Source: Candidatus Thorarchaeota archaeon
Lineage (GTDB): Archaea > Asgardarchaeota > Thorarchaeia > Thorarchaeales > Thorarchaeaceae
Direction of reading: 5' to 3'
NCBI GenBank assembly: GCA_048882385.1
Contig: JBHLRQ010000061.1
Location: forward strand, 1-18,692
Length of the DNA: 18,692 nucleotides
Under the pieces are notes generated by a model. The model did no database searches. It had not been told where the DNA came from and was given only the letters and a program-made list of their open reading frames with translations. A program made the position numbers and the translations under genes. The number at the start of each line of letters is the position of its first letter. The first letter of the stretch is position 1. This document shows positions 7,566 through 15,712 of this stretch, in pieces.

Positions 7566-8279
7566 CTATAACCCAAAGATAACGAGTCCACTCAGATGAT
7601 GAATTAGGTTACGAATGTAGTAGGATTTGGTCCAGTTCTTAACAACACAATATGGGTGAGGTTGGTCTAATGCGTGTTTTGCAAGAATTCGGAGCAAATC
7701 ACCCTTGAATCCTACTACTCCATGAATTCTATGGCCATGATTTGAAAAAGCCTTGACTGTATCCGCAGAACAAGGGATTCGAATTAGGTGTTCATCCCGA
7801 TCTTTGTGGAATACAATGGATGGTGTTTGAATATTCGTTAAGATATCCTTCCCTAATGCTGAAAGATAGCGTTTTCCAAGTGCACAATAGACTAAGTCGA
7901 AATGATGGTCAATTAGACGAAGAAATGATGGTCGTAGTTCTAAATCCTCAGCTCGTTTTCGGACTTCTGCCATCTTCATTTTCGTAAAACTGCAATCATA
8001 AGGAGGTACTAGATCATACTCATTGAGAATCCCAAAACCTGCAGAAACAATGACTAGTTGGACCTCAACCTCAGGGATATTTCGAAGTAAATCAACCCCC
8101 TTTACAAGCTCAGTGTTTTGAGGACCTGTGTACATGTCGCGTGCTGGGACACATAGATTAGAGAAACGCTGACGCCATCTGTCAATCTTTAGATGTGATA
8201 GAATATTGTGGCACGTTGGTTGATTGGGGCTTGAATGAAGTTTCCTCTTACTACAACTACCTATGACTAAGACCCTCAC
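7566..8279 (-). CDS. DUF6884/YaaA-like protein
   Basis: Motifs VIGSCSKRK, PARDMYTG, IVSAGFG and VPPYDCSF match the C-S-x-x-K / PA..MY.G / SA.(Y/F)G / PY(D/E) signature of the YaaA (DUF328)/DUF6884 group. GTG start with SD GAGGA and TATA-like TTTAAG at 8316-8321. Confidence 0.7.
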   Translation of the reverse strand: MRVLVIGSCSKRKLHSSPNQPTCHNILSHLKIDRWRQRFSNLCVPARDMYTGPQNTELVKGVDLLRNIPEVEVQLVIVSAGFGILNEYDLVPPYDCSFTKMKMAEVRKRAEDLELRPSFLRLIDHHFDLVYCALGKRYLSALGKDILTNIQTPSIVFHKDRDEHLIRIPCSADTVKAFSNHGHRIHGVVGFKGDLLRILAKHALDQPHPYCVVKNWTKSYYIRNLIHHLSGLVIFGL

Positions 8280-8339
8280 TACAACTTCCTCAAACTAAAA
8301 ACACATACTTTGGTTCTTAAACTCCAAGAAATGTGTCAG

Positions 8340-9740
8340 CTAACTTGGTTTGTAGACACCCTTGTCACGAGCCCAAGAAATTGTTTCAGGATCACAACGC
8401 TTGAGCTCTCGCTCTGGAAAGTCGCTGAGCAGATTCCATCCGATATCAAGAGTCTGTTCGAATGATCGGTCTTCAAACTCATCCTGATTGATGAACTCTG
8501 CCTCAAACTTGTCTGCAAAACGGAGATATTTCTGATCACGGTCGGTCAATGCTTCAGAACCAACTACTGCGACCAAGTCTCGTAAATCTCGGCCTTCTGA
8601 GTATGCATAGTAGAGTTGCGCTTGTATCTCCTTGTGATCGAATCGGGTCATCCCCTCACCAATTCCTTCTTTCATCAACCTGCTCAGAGATGGTCCAGGG
8701 TCTATTGGTGGAAAGATGCCTCTCCTGTGTAAACCTCGGCCAACGATAATCTGACCTTCGGTAATGTATCCGGTGAGGTCGGGAATAGGATGTGTCATGT
8801 CATCTTGTGGCATGGAGAGAATAGGCATCTGAGTAATTGTACCATTTCTACCATCAATTCGACCAGCTCTTTCATAGATTAGACTGAGGTCTGTATAGAG
8901 ATACCCAGGATACCCGCGGCGTCCAGGCACCTCGGACCTTGCAGCACTGATCTCACGAAGAGCCTCAGCATAATTGGTCATGTCGGTAAGGATTACCAGT
9001 ACATGCATATCAGCGGTATAAGCCAAATATTCTGCTGCTGTGAGAGCAGCACGTGGCGTAATGATACGTTCGATGGCAGGATCATTCGCCAGATTCAGAA
9101 ATAGTGTTGTATGCTCTAATGCTCCAGTTTCTTCAAATGACTGCATGAAGTATTGAGCCTCAGTAGCAGTAATACCCATCGCTGCAAACACAATGGCGAA
9201 GTCACCCTCTTCACCTGGGATCTCGGCCTGTCTTACAATCTGTGCAGCAAGTCTGTTGTGAGGGAGTCCAGATCCCGAGAAGATAGGTAGTTTCTGTCCG
9301 CGGACCAATGTGTTAAGACCATCAATCGCAGATACTCCAGTTTGGATTGGCTGTCGAGGATATTGCCTTGCATAGGGATTGATTGGGGACCCATAGATAT
9401 CCCAATGGTCCTCTGCCGTGAGCGGTGGTCCTTTATCAAGCGGATTTCCAGCACCGTCAAGAACTCTTCCTAGAATTTCCGACGAAACAGGAAGATGAAG
9501 GGTATCACCTGTAAATCTAGCCGCTGTAACATCAGTATCAAGACCACTTGTACCTTCGAAGACCTGTATGACTGCTCGTCCTTTACCGGTTTCAAGAACA
9601 GTACCTGTTAGTAATTCTCCAGATGGCGCTCTGATCTTTACAACTTCGTTATACGCCACATTGTGGGTGTTTTCGACAACTAGAAGGGGACCGCTAACAT
9701 CGGAAACCGTTCTGTAAACTATAGAAGATTCTTTGGACAT
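8340..9740 (-). CDS. atpB: A/V-type ATP synthase subunit B
   Basis: [81 protein letters not shown]. Confidence 0.98.
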   Translation of the reverse strand: MSKESSIVYRTVSDVSGPLLVVENTHNVAYNEVVKIRAPSGELLTGTVLETGKGRAVIQVFEGTSGLDTDVTAARFTGDTLHLPVSSEILGRVLDGAGNPLDKGPPLTAEDHWDIYGSPINPYARQYPRQPIQTGVSAIDGLNTLVRGQKLPIFSGSGLPHNRLAAQIVRQAEIPGEEGDFAIVFAAMGITATEAQYFMQSFEETGALEHTTLFLNLANDPAIERIITPRAALTAAEYLAYTADMHVLVILTDMTNYAEALREISAARSEVPGRRGYPGYLYTDLSLIYERAGRIDGRNGTITQMPILSMPQDDMTHPIPDLTGYITEGQIIVGRGLHRRGIFPPIDPGPSLSRLMKEGIGEGMTRFDHKEIQAQLYYAYSEGRDLRDLVAVVGSEALTDRDQKYLRFADKFEAEFINQDEFEDRSFEQTLDIGWNLLSDFPERELKRCDPETISWARDKGVYKPS

Positions 9741-9797
9741 CCTAGGAAACCGCCTTGGTCTTTGTGTCTATGCTTCGCTGGACTAATCGTGGCCGAG

Positions 9798-9808
9798 TTT
9801 TAAGAGTT
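9798..9808 (-). promoter_or_regulatory. TATA-like promoter for atpB
   Basis: Minus strand AACTCTTAAAA in the 80-nt gap upstream of atpB, followed by SD-like AGGCGG. Confidence 0.4.
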
Positions 9809-9820
9809 ACGAAGGGTCAA

Positions 9821-10330
9821 TTATAACCAGGCCGCAATATGAAAAAAAGCAAGAACTGGTGCAAACATCAATGCTCGCACAATTAATGACCTACCCCGAG
9901 ATGTGAGATCGGAAGCAGAAGGTGTGAAATACAGAATAGCACCGGCAAGGAGACAGATACAAGCAATGGCATCTCCCAACCAGACCAATACTACGATCAA
10001 CTCTACGTCCGTCATTCCAACAAAACGTAACCAGGCTGCTGTAGCACTCTCTAAGGTTATTTGTTCAACTCCGCTGAACTGACCAAATAGGTTGGCTATG
10101 AGTGGACCTACAAAGTATAGTGCGATGCCAAGAACCACCAGACCCTTTGAAAGACCATCACTAAGACCTGTAGCAAAAATCATCAATCCTATCAAAACGA
10201 AAATCAAGTATCCACGGATGGCAAGTGCAAAAAAGACATTGAGAATATCACTCACAATATCGAACCAGGTTTCGGGCATTTGAAGATCAAAAGGCGATTG
10301 CAGTAGTAAGATTGACAATGAATCAGCCAT
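9821..10330 (-). CDS. Hypothetical 4-TM membrane protein with internal duplication (VirB2/TrbC pilin-like hairpins)
   Basis: Four hydrophobic segments arranged as two similar hairpins. ATG 10330 or GTG 10339 start. The family assignment is tentative. Confidence 0.75.
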   Translation of the reverse strand: MADSLSILLLQSPFDLQMPETWFDIVSDILNVFFALAIRGYLIFVLIGLMIFATGLSDGLSKGLVVLGIALYFVGPLIANLFGQFSGVEQITLESATAAWLRFVGMTDVELIVVLVWLGDAIACICLLAGAILYFTPSASDLTSRGRSLIVRALMFAPVLAFFHIAAWL

Positions 10331-10374
10331 CTGTTTCACAGGAGGGAGTCAGTACGAGTGAATATAATGACCAC

Positions 10375-10926
10375 TCAAACAAGTTCGTGCTTCAGCCTTT
10401 TGAAATCTTCCCTCATCTTTTCTTTCACCTTCGGAAACCTGAAAGCTGCTGCTGGATGATAGGTCATGAAAAATGCATTAGAACCACTCTCGTAGAATCG
10501 ACCGTGTGCCTCTGAAACTTTCCAATGACCAATGAGTGATGAGATTGCCACGCCTCCCAGAAGTACAATGACCTTGGGTTGAATCAATTCAATCTGTTGT
10601 TCTAGATAGGGTCTACAGACATTGATTTCGAACTGTTTTGGTGTTCGGTTCTTTGGTGGTCTACATTTGAGAATCGAAGTGATAAATACATCAGCACGAG
10701 TAAGTCCTATCTCTTCAAGTAGAGAAACTAATAGTTCACCCGATCTTCCGACAAATGGTCTTCCAGTTTCATCCTCTTTGGCACCAGGGGCTTCTCCAAC
10801 GAACATCACCGATGCATCGTATGGTCCTTCACCTGGCACCGCTATAGTACGTGTTTCATGGAGAGGACAACGCGTACAGTGTCTGATTGCTTCATGTAAA
10901 TCCTCAAGTTGGTTGCACTTGGACAT
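10375..10926 (-). CDS. udg: Uracil-DNA glycosylase family 4 (4Fe-4S)
   Basis: CTRCPL, VPGEG, GEAPG..ED..GRPFVGRSG, KCRPPKNR.P...E...C, YHPAA. Confidence 0.95.
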   Translation of the reverse strand: MSKCNQLEDLHEAIRHCTRCPLHETRTIAVPGEGPYDASVMFVGEAPGAKEDETGRPFVGRSGELLVSLLEEIGLTRADVFITSILKCRPPKNRTPKQFEINVCRPYLEQQIELIQPKVIVLLGGVAISSLIGHWKVSEAHGRFYESGSNAFFMTYHPAAAFRFPKVKEKMREDFKRLKHELV

Positions 10927-10988
10927 ATCTAGTAGCTAGACTGCATCCTCACGGATAAAGGCCGCGTATTCATCTGTCAAGAGTATTT

Positions 10989-12794
10989 CTAGGCTTCTTG
11001 ATATAGGAGACCTGCCTTTGAGAGCTCTTGGAGAAGAGCTTGAAACTCGCCTTCTATCTTCTTCTCAATGGCGTCCATGGTTTCATCATATGTGTCCCAT
11101 GGTGAGATTTTCATCCTCGCTATGTTGTCCATGACACTGAGTTCTAAGATTCTCTTGACTTGAACGCCAATTTGAACAGCCTCGGTCATCTTCTTTGAGA
11201 AATCGATGATGAGCTTGAGCATTCTGTAGGTCTTGCCTATTGGAGAGTATGTATCAATCTCGTGGAGCGCGCTCTGTGTGAGAAAGTCTTCCTTAATCAT
11301 TCTAGCAGCTTCAAGAATAGCACGCTCAGACTCTGGAAGTGCATCCGGACCCACTAGCTGTACTATCTCTCTCAACTCTTGATCCTTCTGGAGAAGGGCT
11401 AGTGCTTCCTTCACAAGCTCAGGCCAGTCCTCACCCATGTTTTCTCTCTGCCATTTTTCAAGGGTGTTGAAATAGAGAGAGTAGCTTGTCAGAGTATTGA
11501 TAGCCGGGAAGAACCTTCGTGCAGCAAGATCTTTGTCAAGAGCCCAAAACACTTTCACAATTCTCAGTGTTGCTTGTGTCACTGGTTCTGAGAAATCACC
11601 ACCAGGAGGCGAAACCGCTCCACAGATTGTAATTGAGCCGAGTCTGTTGCCATCACTACCAAGTGTCTTGACCCTTCCACCTCGTTCATAAAACTGTGCG
11701 AGCCGCGAGCCAAGATAGGCTGGATAACCCTCTTCTGATGGTAGCTGACCGAGTCTTCCTGATATCTCACGCAGTGCTTCAGCCCAACGTGAAGTTGAAT
11801 CAGCCATTAGAGCCACATCATATCCTTGGTCTCTGAAATATTCAGCAATTGTGACAGCAACATAGATGGATGCTTCACGAGCTGCAACAGGCATGTTAGA
11901 AGTGTTGGCAATCAGCACAGTCCGTTCCATCAATGGACGATTTGTTTTTGGGTCTTTCAGGTGAGGCCACTCTTCGAGAGCTTCGGTCATCTCGTTTCCT
12001 CGTTCCCCACAACCAACATAAACTACAACTTGGGCATCTGCCCACTTGGCAAACTGATGAAGTGTTACTGTTTTTCCAGTTCCAAATCCACCTGGAATTG
12101 CGCCAGTACCTCCTTTTGCTGGGGGCATGAAAGTATCAATAACTCGTTGGCCTGTGATAAGTGGTGTATCCATCCCGACACGGTCTTTGAAGAGTCTCCC
12201 GATCCTAACTGGCGTTCTCTGCATCATCATAACATCATGAACATCACCATGTTGATCTTTGACTTTGCAGATTGTTTCTTTTACTGTGTATTCACCCTTA
12301 CCCACTATCTCAGTGATTTCCCCTTCAACTCCTACTGGGACAAGTATTTTTGATGTGATGATACCAGTTTCAGGAACTTCACCAATAATGTCACCGGGCT
12401 TGATTTTGTCACCTTTTTTAACGGACGGATTGAACTCCCATTTCTTCTCCTTATTGAGACCTTCGACGCTTAGACCTCTAGTAATGAAGTCACCTGACAA
12501 CTGTCTCAAGTCTGGCAGTGGTCTTTGAATTCCATCATATATCGATCCAAGTAGTCCTGGACCAAGCTCTACTGATAGTGAGTCACCTGTGGCTTCTACT
12601 GGTTCACCGGGAGCAATACCAGAGGTTTCTTCATAGACTTGCGCTGTGAACTCAGTTTCTCCAACTTCGATTACTTCTCCTATCAGCTGCTGAGTGCCAA
12701 CTCGTACTACTTCGTACATTCGAACTCCAAGTATACCTGAGCATTGTACTACAGGTCCCGCAATGCTTTCAATTCGTCCCTTTGCTTCTGTCAA
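10989..12794 (-). CDS. atpA: A/V-type ATP synthase catalytic subunit A
   Basis: [14 protein letters not shown]...YDGIQRPL, Walker [66 protein letters not shown] start; no intein. Confidence 0.98.
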   Translation of the reverse strand: MTEAKGRIESIAGPVVQCSGILGVRMYEVVRVGTQQLIGEVIEVGETEFTAQVYEETSGIAPGEPVEATGDSLSVELGPGLLGSIYDGIQRPLPDLRQLSGDFITRGLSVEGLNKEKKWEFNPSVKKGDKIKPGDIIGEVPETGIITSKILVPVGVEGEITEIVGKGEYTVKETICKVKDQHGDVHDVMMMQRTPVRIGRLFKDRVGMDTPLITGQRVIDTFMPPAKGGTGAIPGGFGTGKTVTLHQFAKWADAQVVVYVGCGERGNEMTEALEEWPHLKDPKTNRPLMERTVLIANTSNMPVAAREASIYVAVTIAEYFRDQGYDVALMADSTSRWAEALREISGRLGQLPSEEGYPAYLGSRLAQFYERGGRVKTLGSDGNRLGSITICGAVSPPGGDFSEPVTQATLRIVKVFWALDKDLAARRFFPAINTLTSYSLYFNTLEKWQRENMGEDWPELVKEALALLQKDQELREIVQLVGPDALPESERAILEAARMIKEDFLTQSALHEIDTYSPIGKTYRMLKLIIDFSKKMTEAVQIGVQVKRILELSVMDNIARMKISPWDTYDETMDAIEKKIEGEFQALLQELSKAGLLYQEA

Positions 12795-12821
12795 TAGTCA
12801 CTACTCCGCATCAATTCATTA

Positions 12822-13145
12822 CTAGATGTTTATCTCAATTCCAACAGCTCTGCGTATCAGCTCTTTGAGTACTGTTTCGTATGCACCAGTAGTCCCATCT
12901 CTATCAGGAATTAGTAGAATGACTGGTACTGGTGACTGGGAGAGCTCAACAATGGCATCTTCTACCTCTGCAGCCAGGGGTTCTGTAATCATTATGAGAC
13001 CCATTGAGGGGTCCCTAAAGTAGTTGTATAGCGAGTTGCGAGTTTCCTCGGGCGTATTTGGTATAGAGCAATCACTTACTCCGACCAACCGGAACCCGGT
13101 GACCGTGTCTCTGTCGCCAATTATTGCTATCTTATCACTAGACAT
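12822..13145 (-). CDS. atpF: A/V-type ATP synthase subunit F
   Basis: KIAIIGDRDTVTGFRLVGV ... P....IPD ... LIRRAVG; directly upstream of subunit A. Confidence 0.95.
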   Translation of the reverse strand: MSSDKIAIIGDRDTVTGFRLVGVSDCSIPNTPEETRNSLYNYFRDPSMGLIMITEPLAAEVEDAIVELSQSPVPVILLIPDRDGTTGAYETVLKELIRRAVGIEINI

Positions 13146-13228
13146 TGAAGTTTACCACTGTAGTCGGACTTGGACTCATGCCTAGCTGTCCACTAAAAAG
13201 CATTTGGAATGGGAGAGGATTTTGAAAA

Positions 13229-13714
13229 TCAGGCTGTGAATTGTTCTATGATGTCTTGTTCTTCAACCAGAGTCCAACAGTATAGACACTTTAGTTGTAT
13301 CGGGGTCTTTGAAACAACCTCATATTTACTACGAATTGGCTCACGTTCTTTGTTTGTGACACATCTCTGATTTGGACACTCAAAAATGTCTGTGATGGTT
13401 TCAGGAAGTTCTACTCTGGTCTTCTTGATGATTTTGAAGTCTTCAATCAGGTTGATTGTTGCCTCAGGAGCAACGAGCGCAATCCGCGCTACTTCTGCAT
13501 CTGCCAGAAATCGGTGCTCAACTTTGACGATGTCCTTTTTCCCTATCTTTGAGCTGCTAATGTTCATAGCTAATGAGACAATATTGCCATCTTCGCCTGT
13601 TATCCCCAATATTTTGAGTACCTCAAGTGCTTTTCCGGCTCTTATGTGATCAATCACTGTCCCATCATGAATTTTCACGATTCTGATTTTTTCTTCACCA
13701 ACTTTCTCAGACAT
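13229..13714 (-). CDS. pyrI: Aspartate carbamoyltransferase regulatory chain
   Basis: GTVIDHI.AG, KKDIVKVE, IALVAPEATINLI, Zn ligands CPNQRC...CLYC. Confidence 0.97.
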   Translation of the reverse strand: MSEKVGEEKIRIVKIHDGTVIDHIRAGKALEVLKILGITGEDGNIVSLAMNISSSKIGKKDIVKVEHRFLADAEVARIALVAPEATINLIEDFKIIKKTRVELPETITDIFECPNQRCVTNKEREPIRSKYEVVSKTPIQLKCLYCWTLVEEQDIIEQFTA

Positions 13715-13845
13715 GACAAATCACACACGGGTTCGTCTTAGATGCCATCAGGATTTAGACCTTCCCCCTCATTACATACTTGACTCAAAGGCGAAGGTTG
13801 ATATGGACTCTAGAAGGACCACTCCCAGAAGACGGTGATATTGTC

Positions 13846-15192
13846 TTGGTCCTAGAAGGTCTTGGAAAATCGCTCAACTCAGCCCTAAAGAAACTCTTTG
13901 GAGCTAGTGTTATAGATGAAGAACTAGTCAAGGAGTTAGTGAAAGACATTCAACGCGCATTACTAGTTGCTGACGTTGATGTCAATCTAGTAATGGCGAT
14001 GACTGAGAGAGTACAAAAACAGGCATTGGATGAATCACTTCCAAGAGGTGTTTCACGTCGTGAGCATATCATTCGTGTCGTTTGGGATACTCTGGCTTTT
14101 TTCCTTGGTGAGAAGACAGTTCCTCTTACAATCCATCCGGGAAAACCAAATCTTGTCATGATGGTCGGTATACAAGGATCTGGAAAGACTACTACCATAG
14201 GAAAACTGGCACGGTATTATCAGAAGAGAGGAATCAAAACAGGAGTGATTTGTGCTGATAATTTCAGGCCAGGAGCTTACAACCAGTTAAAGCAGTTAGC
14301 TGAAAAGTCAAATGTTCCGTTCTGGGGCAATGAGGATGAAAAGGACGCTACAAAATTAGCGAAGAATGGACTCAAGGAGATGCAAAAGAAAGGCATCGAA
14401 TTGATTCTCCTAGATACTTCAGGAAGACATCGAGAAGAAACTGGACTCATCAAAGAAATGCGGGATATCTCAAAAGGAGTGAAACCCCAGGAAATAGTCT
14501 TGGTCATAGATGGTACTCTTGGTCAACAAGCAGGTGTTCAAGCGGCTGCTTTCAAGAAGGCCACCGATATTGGATCAATCATTGTAACCAAACTTGATGG
14601 TAGCGCCAAAGGAGGTGGAGCTCTCTCTGCTGTGGCTGCAACACAAGCACCAATCAAGTTCATTGGTGTTGGAGAAGGAATGGATGCTATTGAACCGTTC
14701 AATCCGACAAAGTTTGCTGGAAGACTTCTTGGAATGTCTGATATTCGAGGACTTATCGATAAGGTAAGGGAAGCTCAGATTGAGGTTGAAGAAGACGCAG
14801 CAAAGCGAATCATGAAGGGACAGTTTTCATTGAAAGACATGATGGCGCAAATGAAGCAGCTCAAAAAAATGGGACCCATTGGAAAGGTCATGGAGATGCT
14901 GGGTCTCCAGTACAAGCTTCCCGAGGGAATAGCTGAGATTCAAGAAGAAAACATGAAACGATGGGAAGTCATAATGAATTCCATGACCAAAGCAGAGCTT
15001 GAAGAACCCAAACTAATCAAATCATCCAGAATCAAGCGGATTGCAGCAGGTTCAGGAACCTCTCAAAAGGATGTCAGAGACCTTCTGAAACAACATGAGC
15101 AAATGAAGAAGATGATGAAACAGATGGGCAAACAAAGGAGAGGTCGAAAGGGTGTTGGAATTCCGGGTCTTGAAGGTTTGCCTGGAATGTGA
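13846..15192 (+). CDS. srp54: Signal recognition particle 54 kDa protein
   Basis: GIQGSGKTTT, DTSGRH, TKLDGSAKGGGALS, Met-rich M domain with IMNSMT..E and SRIKRIAAGSG. Start revised to TTG 13846 (MVLEGLG) after SD GGTGA 13834-13838; the ORF track starts at 13780. Confidence 0.97.
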   Translation: MVLEGLGKSLNSALKKLFGASVIDEELVKELVKDIQRALLVADVDVNLVMAMTERVQKQALDESLPRGVSRREHIIRVVWDTLAFFLGEKTVPLTIHPGKPNLVMMVGIQGSGKTTTIGKLARYYQKRGIKTGVICADNFRPGAYNQLKQLAEKSNVPFWGNEDEKDATKLAKNGLKEMQKKGIELILLDTSGRHREETGLIKEMRDISKGVKPQEIVLVIDGTLGQQAGVQAAAFKKATDIGSIIVTKLDGSAKGGGALSAVAATQAPIKFIGVGEGMDAIEPFNPTKFAGRLLGMSDIRGLIDKVREAQIEVEEDAAKRIMKGQFSLKDMMAQMKQLKKMGPIGKVMEMLGLQYKLPEGIAEIQEENMKRWEVIMNSMTKAELEEPKLIKSSRIKRIAAGSGTSQKDVRDLLKQHEQMKKMMKQMGKQRRGRKGVGIPGLEGLPGM

Positions 15193-15650
15193 TGTTCGTG
15201 CGTCGATTTCTCATTAGGTTCAAAGATGTCCCAATAGACAAAGAGTCAGTAAAATCAGGACAGATCAGCTCCGAAGTTGCGACTGCCTGTCGATGTGTCA
15301 ACATCGGATTGTTTCTATCGGGAGATCTTCGTCGGGATGTAATCGTATCCATAGCAATGGGACCAACCGAAGACCTCAAGGTCATATCATATCCTGGAGC
15401 GTCACTGAGGAGAGTTTCCCCAGATGAAAGATCAATCTCGTTCTTTCTACTAAAAGCCATTGAGAGATTACAAGACATTGGTCCTGAAGAATCAATCATA
15501 TTGGATAATGGAATTGAATTGGTGCGATCATCTTTAGACAAGCTTGTTGCATTATGGGGTTCTGAATTCATTCAAGTTCCTTCAGCGAATCCAGAACGGT
15601 TTATCCTTGACACAAATCTTTCAGCTGATAGGGTCGTAAACGCACCATGA
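15192..15650 (+). CDS. trmY: TrmY-like (tRNA pseudouridine54-N1-methyltransferase) protein, shortened and probably lacking the SAM-binding knot
   Basis: RRFLI, CRCV...LFLSGDLRRDV, G..LRRVSPDERS and GI.....S match the TrmY N-terminal half. Only ~152 aa. ATG overlaps the srp54 stop (TGATG). Confidence 0.75.
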   Translation: MFVRRFLIRFKDVPIDKESVKSGQISSEVATACRCVNIGLFLSGDLRRDVIVSIAMGPTEDLKVISYPGASLRRVSPDERSISFFLLKAIERLQDIGPEESIILDNGIELVRSSLDKLVALWGSEFIQVPSANPERFILDTNLSADRVVNAP

Positions 15651-15712
15651 AGAAAGCTTCATAATATTAGCATTGTAATTTTTGATTAGAGTCAATAATC
15701 GAGTGTGATTCT

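Noticed and set aside
9821-10339. Membrane protein as ATPase proteolipid (subunit K/c)
   Set aside because: It lacks the GxGxG-rich first helix and the conserved Glu in the second helix of each hairpin.
11826-12353. 175-aa plus-strand ORF antisense to atpA, plus the other short antisense or alternate-frame ORFs inside conserved genes
   Set aside because: They lie wholly within well-conserved genes, have Ser/Phe/Cys-rich shadow composition and show no motifs.
13780-13845. 22-aa N-terminal extension of SRP54 in the ORF track
   Set aside because: The conserved MVLE.LG start with SD GGTGA is at TTG 13846; the extension covers promoter-like sequence.
15074-15571. 165-aa minus-strand ORF across srp54/trmY
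   Set aside because: Antisense shadow of two recognisable genes; no family features.
15647-15669. Palindromes ATGAAG-AAAG-CTTCAT and TAATATTA
   Set aside because: Short, AT-rich and coincident with a probable BRE/TATA for the GTPase gene; could be chance.
15648-15689. TGA readthrough (selenocysteine) or frameshift rescuing TrmY
   Set aside because: Readthrough adds only RKLHNISIVIFD before TAG. There is no knot motif, no evident SECIS, and too little space before the next gene.
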